Shown: piece after piece, positions 25,539 to 37,624 of the stretch
Layout: each line of letters opens with the position of its first letter
Numbering within the stretch: position 1 is the first letter of the stretch
Origin: Mobula hypostoma
Lineage: Eukaryota
Assembly (NCBI RefSeq): GCF_963921235.1
Contig: NC_086108.1
Coordinates: 116,190,001 to 116,254,000, forward strand
Direction of reading: 5' to 3'
Length of the DNA: 64,000 nucleotides
Position numbers and translations under genes: made by a program
The notes under the pieces: generated by a model
What the model saw: the letters and a program-made list of their open reading frames with translations, nothing else
What the model was told of the DNA's origin: nothing
Databases searched by the model: none

Positions 25539-26071
25539 GTGACCAGGTGATGAGCACTCTCCGGAAGTCGACAGATACGGTGACCAGGTGATGAGCACTC
25601 TCCGGAAGTCGACAGATACGGTGACCAGGTGATGAGCACTCCCCGGAAGTCGACAGGTACGGTGACCAGGTGATGAGCACTCTCCGGAAGTCGACAGGTA
25701 CGGTGACCAGGTGATGAGCACTCCCCGGAAGTCGACAGGTACGGTGACCAGGTGATGAGCACTCCCCGGAAGTCGACAGGTACGATGACCAGGTGATGAG
25801 CACTCCCCGGAAGTCGACAGGTACGGTGACCAGGTGATGAGCACTCCCCGGAAGTCGACAGGTACGGTGACCAGGTGATGAGCACTCCCCGGAAGTCGAC
25901 AGGTACGGTGACCAGGTGATGAGCACTCCCCGGAAGTCGACAGGTACGGTGACCAGGTGATGAGCACTCCCCGGAAGTCGACAGGTACGGTGACCAGGTG
26001 ATGAGCACTCCCCGGAAGTCGACAGGTACGGTGACCAGGTGATGAGCACTCCCCGGAAGTCGACAGGTACG
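25539..26071. repeat. 41-bp minisatellite, 13 copies, inside Gypsy gag
   Basis: Unit gtgaccaggtgatgagcactccccggaagtcgacaggtacg (period 25539 to 25580). Confidence 0.95.
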
Positions 26072-27202
26072 AGACGCTTAAGCAACTGCTTCCAGAGACT
26101 GCCGAACTTGCCAGGTCTGAGAGCGCCTGCTGGCTCCTGTCGCTGACCGGCTTCGGCGACTCCAGCCTGGCGGACATCAGGTGCGCTTCAGCTTTGGAGA
26201 GCTACCTGCAACAACTACCAGGCAAGGTGTGGTTGGCTCTGGCTGTCTCTCGCCTCAAAGACCTCCGGGCTCGAGAGAGAGAGAGGCTGACAAGGTGTTT
26301 TCCGTCACCATGAGGGCCTAAGTGAACATGCGGCCAGACTATTTCGCAACCTCTCTGCCACCTGAACATGAGACAATCGCCAGGGCTCAATGATGGTCTC
26401 CCACCCTGTGTTTCTGCCACGCGAGCTCATCCTGCAGGTTGAAGGAGTCGGGAAACGGAACGGCCGGCTACGGGCGTCAGCAGGCCGGGCAGTTTGATGT
26501 TCGTTACAGACTCTGCTTCCGGGCGCATTTCTTCCGTGACATGGACACTCGGGTGAGCATCCTGCCCGTGGATGTACGAACTGCGGAATATAGGCCGTCT
26601 GCCAAGGCTGCGAATGGCAGCGCCCTCCACACTTCTGGTAAGCGTGAGATGGCGTTGTGATTTGCTGGACACAATTCTGTGTTGGCGGTAGTGTCTACAC
26701 CCCAGCTGTGGGCCGACTTCCTCTGCAATAATAGTCTTCTCGCTGATGGTCAGAACCAACGCCTCGAATATGCAGAGACTCTCTTCTCCATCTCCTGTAC
26801 ACTCAGCGCCCTTTCCACCTCCGATGACTCCCTCCGCTTCCTCGCTGAGTTCCCGGACCTGACCAAGCCCACCTTCTCCTCCTGCGCCGCTGAACATGGG
26901 GTGGAGCATCACGGCCTCACCACCAGCCTGCCCGCGCCAGGCGCCTCGACCCGGACCAAGGCTGGGTGCCCGGGCATCGTCCAGTGGACCAGCAATCCAC
27001 GGGCTTCCCCTCTCCACATACTGTAGCGCGAAAACTGGGGACGGGTGGTGTGCATGTGGCGATTACTGCGGCCTCAATGACGCCACCACCCCCGGCCGAT
27101 ACTCTCAGAGAAAGTTATTTTCTCGAAGGTGGGCCTCGTTTGCGGTTACCACCAGGTACCAGTCCATCCAAGTAACATTCCTAAAACGGCTGCTATTACA
27201 CT

Positions 27203-27314
27203 CACTCTTCCTTCAGTCAGTCCTGACGAAGGGTCTCGGCCTGAAACGTCGACTGCACCTCTTCCTAGAGATGCTGCCTGGCCTGCTGCCTTCATCAGCA
27301 ACTTTGATGTGTGT
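27203..27314 (+). mobile_element. Short Penelope-derived insert with intact hammerhead motif
   Basis: 12-bp TSD tgctattacact (27191-27202 / 27315-27326); interrupts Gypsy RT KTAAIT|LFGLFEY. Confidence 0.88.
27218..27255 (+). ncRNA. Minimal type I hammerhead ribozyme motif
   Basis: cagtc-CTGACGA-AGG gtctcgg CCT-GAAAC-GTC-gactg: 5-bp stem I, 3-bp stem II, GUC cleavage triplet, palindromic ACGU in place of stem III. Confidence 0.75.
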
Positions 27315-27428
27315 TGCTATTACACTGTTTGGTTTGTTTGAGTACCTTCGAATGCCGTTCGGGCTGAAGGATGCAGCCCAGACCTTTCAGCGCCTCGTGG
27401 ACAGTGTTCTCAGGGATTAGCCATTCCT

Positions 27429-27664
27429 CAAAGTTGCTGGTGAACGCAGCAGGCCAGGCAGCATCTATAGGAAGAGGCGCAGTCGACGTTTCAGGCTGAG
27501 ACCCTTCGTCAGGACTAACTGAAGGAAAGTTAGTCCTGACGAAGGGTCTCGGCCTGAAACGTCGACTGCGCCTCTTCCTATAGATGCTGCCTGGCCTGCT
27601 GCGTTCACCAGCAACTTTGATGTATGTTGCTTGAATTTCCAGCATCTGCAGAATTCCTGTTGTT
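27429..27664 (+). mobile_element. Penelope-derived fold-back insert with a hammerhead motif on each strand
   Basis: 13-bp TSD attagccattcct (27416-27428 / 27665-27677); 92-bp inverted arms 27429-27520 / 27528-27619 with a 7-nt loop; + strand motif at 27532-27567. Confidence 0.9.
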
Positions 27665-29160
27665 ATTAGCCATTCCTGTTTGTTTACCTAGATGACATTT
27701 TGGTAGCCAGCTCTTCTTGGGACAACTCCTTTCACACTTGAGAACCCTTTTCAAATGCCTTAGTCAGCACGGTCTTATCATGAAGTTCCAGTTTGGACTG
27801 TCTGTGGTCGATTTCTCCGGACACCTCATCAACGCAGCAGGGGTAGTTGGTCTGCCAGCTGAAGTTGAGGCCAGTGATGCTTCCCTTGACCAGTCACCCG
27901 CAGGAGTTTTTGGGCATGGTGATCTTTTGTCCCCAAAGTGGCTCAGCTCATGTGCTCCCTCCACGAGGCCCTGAAGAGCAAAGTGGCCAAGCATGTTGTG
28001 GGCTGGACGGAGGAAATTTGCACTCTCGGACACTGAGCAGACATTGTCTAATGCAACGCCACTGGCGCACCTCCTCCTAGACACGCCAGTCACTCTCACA
28101 CTGGTCTCGTCAGATTGTGCAGTCAGCGTGGTGCATCGGCAGTGGGTTTACGGCGTCTGGCAGCCTCTCGCCTTTTTCAGCTGTCAGCTTCACCCCTGCG
28201 AGCGTAAGTACTGTATGTTCGACCATGAGCCTCTGGCCTGCATTCGGCCCTGTGGCATTTTCATTTTCTCCTAGAGGACCGTCCATGTATGGCTCTTGTG
28301 GATCAGAAGCCCCTAACATTTGCCAAGGCTAAGGTCTCAGAACCTTGGTCTGCTCGACAGCAGCGCCATCTCTCTTTTATTTCAGAGTTCACCTTGGACA
28401 TCCTGCCTGTTGCGGGGAAGTTTAACCTCGTGGCTGACTGACTTTCCCAGTCCTTCACTGGTGCTGTCCATGACGCTCAGATGGCGTCAGACCAGGATTC
28501 AGACCCAACCTTGTAAGCACAGCGTTCAGCAGCCACAGGGTTGAATTTGGTGGAGTTTGCTTTTGATGACAGTGGCGTTTCACTACTGTGTGATGTGTCA
28601 ACAGGGCAACCCAGGCTGGCAGTGCCAGCGAGCTGGCAGTGGCGCATTTTCGATGCGGTCCATGGGCTTTCTCAACCGGGCCAGAGGGCATTACAGAAAC
28701 TGGTGAGAGAAAGGTTTGTGTGGAATGGGCTTAGGAAGGCCAGGCACTGGGTTAGTACTTGTTTAGCATGTCAGTGCACAGAATATTAAATCATGAGAAA
28801 GGGGTGACATAGGATCGGAGGGTGTAGAGTCTCTAAGAGTTGAGTTAAGAAAGGGTAAAGGGTGTACTTGGATTTTCAGAAAGCCCTTGACAAGTGCCAC
28901 ACATGAGGCTGCTTAGCAATAAAAGAGCCCATGGAATTACAGGGAAATCACTAGCATGGGTGGAGCATTGGCTGGTCGGCAGAAACCAGAGTGGAAATGA
29001 AGGGATCCTATTCTGACTGGCTGCCAGTTAACAGTGGAGTTCCACAGGAGTTGATGTTGGGACCACTGCTTTTTACGATGTAGGTCAATGATTTGGACTG
29101 TGGGATTAATGGATTCATGGCTAAATGTGCCAATGATACAAAGATAGGTGGAGGAGCCGA

Positions 29161-32100
29161 TAGAAACATAGAAATCCTACAGCACAATACAGGCCCTTCG
29201 GCCCACAAAGTTGTGCCGAACATGCCCCTACCTTAGAAATTACTACGCTTACCCATAGCCCTCTATTTTTCTAAGCTCCATGTACCTATCGAAAAGTCTC
29301 TTAAAAGACCCTACGTATCTGCCTCCACCACCGTTGCTGGCAGCCCATTCCACGCACTCACCACTCTCTGCGTAAAAAACTTACCCCTGATATCTCCTCT
29401 GTACCTACTCCCCAGCACGTCAAACCAGTGTCCTTGTGGCAACCATTTCAGCCCTGGGAAAAAGCCTCTGACTATCCACACGATCAATGTCTCTCATCAT
29501 CTTATACTCCTCTCATCCTCCGTCACTCTGAGGAGAAAAGGCCGAGTTCATTCAACCTATTCTCATAAAGCATGCTCCCTAATCCAGGCAACATCCTTGT
29601 AAATCTCCTCTGCACCCTTTCTATGGTTTCCACATTCTTCCTGTAGTGAGGCGACCAGAACTGAGCACAGTACTCAAAGTGGGGTCTGACCAGGGTCCTA
29701 TACAGCTGCAACATTACCACTCGGCTCCTAAATTCAATTCCACGATTAATGAAGGCCAATGCACCGTATGCTTTCTTAACCACAGAGTCAACCTGCGCAG
29801 CTGCTTTGAGTGTCCTATGGACTCAGACCCCAAGATCCTTCCATCCTCCACACTGCCAAGAGTTTTACAATTGATACTATATTCTGCCATCATATTTGAC
29901 CTACCAAAATGAACCACTTCACACTTATCTGAATTGAACTCCATCTGCCACTTCACAGCCCAGTTTTGCATCCTATCAATGTCCCACTGTAACCTCTGAC
30001 AGCCCTCCACACTATCCTCAACACCTCCAACCTTTGTGTCATCAGCAAACTTACTAACCCATCCCTCCACTTCCTCATCCAGGTCATTTATAAAAATCAC
30101 AAAGAGCAAGGGTCCCAGAACAGATCCCTGAGGCACACCACAGGTCACCGGCTTCCATGCAGAATATGACCTGACTACAACTACTCTTTGCCCTCTGGGC
30201 AAGCCAGTTCTGGATCCACAAAGCAATGTCCCCTTGGATCCCATGCCTCCTTACTTTCTCAATAAGCCTTGCATGGAGTACCTGATCAAATGCCTTGCTG
30301 AAATCCATATACAATATATCTACTGCTCTTCCTTCATCAATGTGTTTAGTCACATCATCAAAAAATTCCATCAGGTTTGTAAAGCATGACCTGCCCTTGA
30401 CGAAGCCATGCTGACTATTCCTAATCATAATATACCTCTCCAAATGTTCATAAATCCTGCCTCTCAGGATCTTCTCCATCAACTTACCAACCACTGATGT
30501 AAGACTCAGTGGTCTATAATTTCCTGGGCTATCTCTGCTCCCTTTCTTGAATAAAGGAACAACATCCGCAACCCTCCAATCCTCTGGAACCTCCCCCATC
30601 TCTATTGATGATGCAAAGATCATCGCCAGAGGCTCAGGAATCTCCTCCCTCGCCTCCCACAGTAGCCTGGGGTACACCTCATCCAGTCCCAGCGACTTAT
30701 CCAACTTGAAGCTTTCCAAAAGCTCCAGCACATCCTCTTTCTTAATATCTACATGCTCAAGATTTTCAGTCTGCTGTAAGTCATCACTACAATCACCAAG
30801 ATCCTTTTCCATAGTGAATATTGAAGTTAAGTATTCATTAAGTACATCTGCTATTTCCTCTGGTTCCATACACACTTTCCCACTGTCATACTTGATAGGT
30901 CCTATTTTTTCATGTCTTATCCTCTTGCTCTTCACGTACTTGTACAGTGCCTTGGGTTTTTTCTTAATCCTGCCTGCCAAGGTCTTCTCATGCCCCTTCT
31001 GGCTCTCCTAATTTCCTTCATAAGCTCCTTCCTGTAAGCCTTATAATCTTCTAGATCTCTAACATTACCTAGCTCTCTGAACCTTTCGTAAGCTTTTCTT
31101 CTTGACTAGATTTATTACAGCCTTTGTACACCACAGTTCCTGTACCCTTCCATAACTTCCCTGTCTCATTGGAACATGCCTATGCAGAACTTCACACAAA
31201 TAACCCCTGAACATTTGCCACACTTCTTCCATACTTTTCCCTGAGAACATCGGCTCCCAATTTAATCTTCCAATTTCCTGCCTGATAGCCTCATAATTCC
31301 CCTTACTCCAATTAAATGCTTTCCTAACTTGTCTGTTCCTATCTCTTTCCAATGCTATTGTAAAGGAGATGGAAATATGATCACTATCTCCAAAATGCTC
31401 TCCCACTGAGAGATCTGACACTTGCCCAGGTTCATTTCCCAATACCAGATCAAGTACAGCCTCTCCTCTTGTAGGCTTATCTACATATTGTGTCAAGACA
31501 CCTTCCTGAACACCCATAACAAACTCCACACCATCTAAACCCCTTGCTCTAGGGAGATGCCAATCAATATTTGGGAAATTAAAATCTCCCATCACGACAA
31601 CTCTGTTATTATTACACCTTTCTAGGATCTGTTTCCCTATCTGCTCTTCGATATTCCTGTTACTATTGGGCGGCCTATAAAAAACACCCAGTAAAGTTAT
31701 TCACTCCTTCCTGTTCCTAACCTCCACCCACAGAGACTCCGTAGACAACCCCTCCATGGTGTACTCCTTTTCTGCAGCCGTGACACTATCTCTGATCAAC
31801 AGTGCCACGCCCCCACCTCTTTTGCCTCCCTCCCTGTCCTTTCTGAAACATCTAAAACCCGGCGCTTGAAGTAACCATTCCTGTCCCTGAGCCATCCAAG
31901 TCTCTGTAATGGCCACCACATCATCGCTGCAAGTACTGATCCACGATCTAAGCTCATGTGCTTTGTTCACAACACTCCTTGCATTAAAATAGACACATCT
32001 CAAACCATTAGTCTGAGTGCGTCCCTTCTCTATCAGCTGCCTATCCTCCCTCACACACTGTCTCCAAGCTTTCTCTATTTGTGAGCCAACGGCCTCTTCC

Positions 32101-33570
32101 CCAGTCTCTTCAGTTCAGTTCCCACTCCCCAACAATTCTAGTTTAAACTCTCCCCAGTAGCCTTAGCAAACCTCCCCACCAGGATATTGGTCCCCCTGGG
32201 AGTCAAGTGCAACCCGTCCTTTTTGTACAGGTCACACCTGCCCCAAAAGAGGTCCCAATGATCCAGAAATCTGAATCCCTGCCTCCTGCTCCAATCCCTC
32301 AGCCACGCATTTATCCTCCACCTCATTCTATTCCTATACTCACTGTCACGTGGCACAGGCAGTAATCCCGAGATTATTATCTTTGTGGTCCTGCTTCTCA
32401 ACTTCCTTCCTATCTCTCTGTAGTCTGTCTTCAGGAACTCTTTCCTTTTCCTACCTATGTGGTTGGTACCAATATGTACCACGACCTCTGACTGTTCACC
32501 TTCCCACTTCAGGATATCATGAACACATCCCGGACCCTGGCACCTGGGAGGTAAACTACCATCCGAGTTTCTTTCCTGCATCCACGGAATCGCCTGTCTG
32601 ACCCCCTAACTATGGCGTCCCCAATCACTACTGCCTTCCTCTTCCTTTCCCTACCCTTCTGAGCCACAGGGCCAGATTCTGTGCCAGAGGCACGGCCAAT
32701 GTTGCTTCCCCCAGGTAGGCTGACTCCCCTCAACAGTACTCAAACAGGAGTAACACACACAAAAACTGCTGGTGGACACAGCAGGCCAGGCGGCATCTAT
32801 AGGAAGAGGTACAGTCGACAGGCGGGCTGGGACCCTTCCCACTTTCAAATCTCTTACTGTCTCTTCTTTCAGTTAGTCCTGACGAAGGTTCCCGGCCCGA
32901 AACGTCGACTGTACTATTTCCTATAGATGTTGTCTGGCCTGCTGCGTTCACCAGCATGTTTTGTGTGTGTTGCTTGAATTTCCAGCATCTGCAGATTTCC
33001 TCATCTCAAACAGGAGTACTTATTGTCAAAGGATACAGCCACAGGGGTACTTTGTTGTTTCTGACTCTTCCCGTTCCCTCTCCTGACTGTGACCCACTTG
33101 TCTGTCTCCCTTGGCCCCGGTGTGACCACCTGCCTATAACTCCTTTCTGTCACCTCCTCGCTGTCCCTGACCAGACGAAGGTCATCAAGCTGCAACTCCA
33201 GTTCCCTAATGCGGTCCCTTAGGAGCTGCAGCTCAACACACCGGGTGCAGATATGGCCGTCTGGGAGGCTGGGCGACTCCAGGACCTCCCACATCTGACA
33301 CCGAGCACAGAAAACCGGCCTCACACGCATCCTTCCTTTCTGCAATTAACACAGGTAAACCTACCTCGCCTCATTACCACCTAAGCCCATTGAGCCAAAG
33401 CCCTATCACTCTGCTGCCCACTGGATATGGCGGTCTTCTTTTTAAACTTTTCCTGCTCTCCTGGCTGACATCACGTGCCTGCGCAGTCTTGCCTCTCTTT
33501 TACCCCGAGTAGTAAAATGCCTTCGCTCCGGAAATCCTGAGCCGTTCACTCACAGCCTCCTTGCTTCACA
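29161..33570 (-). mobile_element. Near full-length CR1 LINE (5' UTR, ORF1 zinc finger + SGNH esterase, ORF2 APE + RT), inactivated
   Basis: ORF1: CARCQMWE..HICTRC, AVVIGDAIVRG, VVHIGTN, KDGLHL. ORF2: YFNARS, ITETW, GDFNFP, GDSDH, YRPLSLTS, GVPQGSVLGP, FADDTK. (tttctatg) tail at 29161; several frameshifts. Confidence 0.95.
32753..33004 (+). mobile_element. Penelope-derived fold-back insert with hammerhead motif (32875-32910)
   Basis: 14-bp TSD ctcaaacaggagta (32739-32752 / 33005-33018); agtc-CTGACGA-aggttcccggccc-GAAAC-GTC-gact; imperfect inverted arms. Confidence 0.88.
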
Positions 33571-35459
33571 CCTAGTGTTGAGCAAACAGAGAGCCTGCAG
33601 AGAGACTTCGATAGTTTAGGGAAATGGGCAAAGAAGTGGCAAATGAAATACAATGTTGGAAAGTGTATGGTCATGCACTGTGGTGGAAGAAATAAACGGC
33701 CAGACTATTATTTAGATGGGGAGAGAATTCAAAATGCAGAGATGCAAAGGGACTTGGGAGTCCTTGTGCAGGGTACCCTAAAGGTTAACCTCCAGGTTGA
33801 GTCAGTGGTGAAGAAGGCGAATGCAATGTTGGCATTCGCTTTCTAGAAGTATAGAATATAACAGCAAGGGTGTGATATTGAGGCTCTATAAGGCACTCGT
33901 GAGACCACACTCGGGGTATTGTGTGCAGTCTTGGACTCCTTATTTTATAAAGGATATACTGACATTGGAGAGGGTTCAGAGAAGATTCACGAGAATGATT
34001 CCAGGAATGAAAGGGTATGGGGAATGTCTGGCAGCTCTTGGGCTGTATTCCCTGGAGTTCCGGAGAATCATAGAAACATTCTGAATGTTAAAAGGCTTGA
34101 ACATATTAGATATAGCAAAGTTATTTCCCATGGTAGGGGAGTGTAGGATAAGAGGGCATGACTTCAGGATTGAAGGACATCCATTTAGAACAGAGATGCA
34201 GAGCAATGACTTTAGTCAGAGGGTGGTAAATCTGTGGAATTTGTTGCCACGAGTGGCTGTGGGGGCCAAGTCATTGGGTGTGTTTAAGGCAGAGATAGGT
34301 TCTTGATTAGCCAGGGCATCAAAGGGTATGGGGAGAAGGCAGGGGAGTGGGGATGACTGGAAGAATTGGATCAGCCCATGACTGAATGGTGCAGCAGACT
34401 CGATGGGCTGAATAGCCTATTTCTGCTCCTATATCTTATGGTCTTACGGACACGACAAGGCTCCTTTAACTCCCTTCGTGGTCCCTGAGTGGCGTTTTGA
34501 GCACGTGAGTGCAGAGCTGGTTGGCCTGTTGCCCCCATCCTGCTGGTTTACTCATCTCCTCACCATCACCGATAGGACCACACGTTGGCCAGAGGCAGTG
34601 CTGCTGTCATCGAGTTCAGTTGTGGAGGTGGCACGAGTGTCCGCTGGCTTGTAGATCACTCGGTTCAGACCAAGGGATGCAGCTTACATCTCAGCTTTGG
34701 TGTGCGGCTGCCCTTGACCTGGGGGCCCAACTGCACTGGAGCACAGCTTGCCCCTCAGGTCAACGGTCCATGCACAGTTCCACCGTTCGATGAAAGCCAC
34801 TCTCCATGCATGCCTCAGTGACGGTTGTTCTGTGCACAGACTGCCATGGGTTATGTTGGGCCCGAGGACCACCCCGCGCCCCCCAAGGCGAACCTTCGGT
34901 CCTCTTCCACAGAGTTCATTTTCAGGGAACCCCTGTGGGTGCCGGGAGAGTTTCTCCCAATGTCCACGGTCCTGTGGTCAGCTTTGCAGCAGCAGTCGGT
35001 TTTATGGAGAGTGCCAAACTTTAGCTCTGAGGCTCACAACGCAGCACGGTCTGCTGTGGATGCACGTGTTGCCGGGTCTGTGGGAGGCAAAGTATGTGTT
35101 TGTGCATCATGATTGACATCGGGGTCCCCTACGGTCGCCATATGACGGCCTGTTCTGTGTGTTGGAGCAGGGGATACGTTTTTGACACTGGACTTTGGAG
35201 GTATTCGGGACATTATTTCTAATGAGTGTCTCAAGCCTGCCCATTTGGACCTGGATTCTCCAGTGGAAGTAGCACAGCCCCCAGAGAGAGGCCGGTATCC
35301 CACCTCCACACATCCCAACATCGACTGTTCTTCCTCCGTGGCACCTGCCCGTCAAGGCAGGAGCAGGTTTGGCCAAGTTTTGCAGGCCCTGCTCGTTTGG
35401 CTTTGTGTGCTCAGGTGAATTCGGGGTGGGAGGGGGTGGCGGTGCAGTGGGGTAGCATG

Positions 35460-35567
35460 TGTAGGGACTCCGCAATTCCATTAGGCAGAATTCATCCAGA
35501 CTATTAAGGGAATAAAGTGTACGTTAGAATTCATTACACTCATGTCGATTTTGCCAACACGCCTACA
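35460..35567 (+). repeat. Gypsy 3' LTR (108 bp)
   Basis: Aligns with the 5' LTR; preceded by a G-rich tract and followed by TSD aaat. Confidence 0.88.
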
Positions 35568-35639
35568 AAATAGAACATAGCGCATCACAGCACCTTACGG
35601 GCCCTTTGGCCCATGATGTTCTGCTGACCCAGTAACCTA

Positions 35640-35871
35640 TGGGGTTGTGTGTGTGGGTATTAGTGTCTGTGTATGAGGGTGTGTATGTGCATGTGTGACA
35701 GTGTGTGTGTGTATGCCATGTGTGAGGGTGTATGTATGTGTGAGGATAGGTGTGTGAGTGTGTGTGTATGTGTGAGAGTGGGTGGGTGTGTGGGGGTGTG
35801 TGTAGGGTTGTGTGTGTGAGGATGGGTGTGTATGTGTGTATGAGACTGTGTGCATGAGTGACAGTGTGAGG

Positions 35872-35914
<43 letters not shown>

Positions 35915-35960
35915 AGGGTGTGTGTTGGAGTGTTTATGGGGGTGTGTGGATGTGTGGCTG
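35640..35960. repeat. (TG)n-rich microsatellite
   Basis: Pure TG run at ~35873-35912 with degenerate flanks. Confidence 0.9.
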
Positions 35961-36126
35961 TGAGTTCATGTCGATGCTACACTAAATTGTCCCTTGAAGA
36001 TTTTTTACTTCACCTTCACTGCCATACTGAATCTGCTGACATTGATGACACAGCACTGAAACCCAGCTTGGGTATGTTATCAAGGTGAACAGTCTGCTTC
36101 AGTTGCAGACAGTGAAGCTCCTTTTA

Positions 36127-37010
36127 TAGAAACATAGAAATATGGAAAACCTACAGCACAATATAGGCCCTTTGGCCCACAATGTTGTGCCAAACATGTA
36201 TTTAATTTAGAAATTACCTCTATTTTTCTAAGCTCCATGTACCTATCGAGGAATCTCTTAAAAGACCCTATCGTATCCACCTCCACCACCGTTGCCAGCA
36301 GCCCATTCCACGCACTCACCACTCTCTGCGTAAAAAACTTACCCCTGACATCTCCACTGTACCTACTCCCCAGCACCTTAAACCTGTGCCCTCTTGTGCT
36401 AACCATTTCAGCCCTGGGAAAAAGCCTCTGACTATCCACACGATCAATGCCTCTCATCATCTTATACACCTCTATCAGGTCACCTCTTATCTCTGTCGCT
36501 CCAAGGAGAAAAGGCCGAGTTCACTCAACCTATTCTCATAAGGCATGCCCCCCAATCCAGGCAACATCCTTGTAAATCTCCTCTGCACCCTTTCTATAGT
36601 TTCCACATCCTTCCTGTAGTGAGGTGACCAGAACTGAGCACAGTACTCCAAGTGGGGTCTGACCAGGGTCCTATATAGCTGTAACATTACCTTTCGGCTC
36701 CGAAACTCAATTCCACGATTGTTGAAGGCCAATACACCGTATGCCTTCTTAATCACAGAGTCAACCTGTGTAGCAGTTTTGAGTGTCCTATGGACTCGGA
36801 CCCCAAGATCCCTCTGATCCTCCACACTGCCAAGAGTCTTACCATTAATACTATATTCTGCCATCATATTTGACCTACCAAAATGAACCACCTCACACTT
36901 ATCTGGGTTGAACTCCATCTGCCACTTCTCAGCCCAGTTTTGCATCCTATCGATGTCCCGCTGTAACCTCTGACAGCCCTCCACACTATCCACAACACCC
37001 CCAGCCTTTC
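36127..37010 (-). mobile_element. CR1 LINE 3' portion (same family as 29161-33570)
   Basis: ORFs 36487-36993 and 36080-36469: WQMEFNPDKC, PHLEYCAQFWSP, FFTQRVVSAWN. Confidence 0.92.
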
Positions 37011-37624
37011 CTAGGTGGGCACCACTGCAAATGCCAACATTTATTGCCCATCCCTGCCTACCCCCTGAAAGGGTAAAGGTGATCCGCCACCTTGAACTGC
37101 CGCAGTCTGTGTGAGGAAGGGAACCCCGCAGAGTTGATAGGGATACCGTTCTGGGCTTTCGACATGGTGATAGATATCCCAGCCTGGGAGTGGAATCTGA
37201 GGACAGCAGTGTTCCCCTACACCTGCTACCCCCTCCATACTGGGAATAAAGGTCACAGATCCTTCTCAGTGCAATACATTGGAATTTCCCTTTCTTTGAA
37301 GACCATAGGACCCAGAGACGTAGTAGCAGAATTAGGCATTCAGCCCATCATGTATGTTATGACTAATTTATTATCCCTTTCTACCCCATTCTTCTGACTC
37401 CATCTCATAACCTTTGACACCCTGACTAATCGATAACTTATCAGCCTCCGCTTTAAATATACCCAATGACTTTGCCTCCCACAGCCATCTGTTGCAACAA
37501 ATTCCACAGATTCATCACCCTCTGGCTAAAGAAATCACCATTTCTTTAAAATTATCATTTATTTTTTTCAATGTTTCCCTCCACAATGTCAAACACATCA
37601 AACCTTATCTGGCAACGTCCCCAT

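Larger units (their letters stand above)
28790..34445 (+). mobile_element. CR1 LINE (+) inserted in Gypsy integrase, split by a near full-length CR1
   Basis: RT pieces at 28860-29160 (YLDFQKA, GVPQ, DTKIGGG) and 33573-34445 (MKYNVGKC, VRPHSGYC, QRVVNLWN, 3' UTR) are colinear across the inner insert. Confidence 0.85.
25233..35567 (+). mobile_element. Degenerate Ty3/Gypsy LTR retrotransposon (gag-PR-RT-RH-IN) with nested insertions
   Basis: LTRs at 25233-25337 and 35460-35567 (TGT...ACA, both with aataaa); TSD AAAT (25229-25232 / 35568-35571); PBS tggtgaccccga at 25339. Gag KLPEFW..EAQF; RT FGLFEYLRMPFGLKDAAQTFQR and YLDDILV; RNase H WQPLAFFS; IN zinc finger H..H/Q..C..C at 28541-28789; IN core RFEHV..ELVGLLP from 34446. 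Confidence 0.92.

Noticed and set aside
25539..26071. CRISPR-like appearance of regular repeats (also 37625-38652)
   Set aside because: Head-to-tail units without unique spacers, no cas genes, eukaryotic context.
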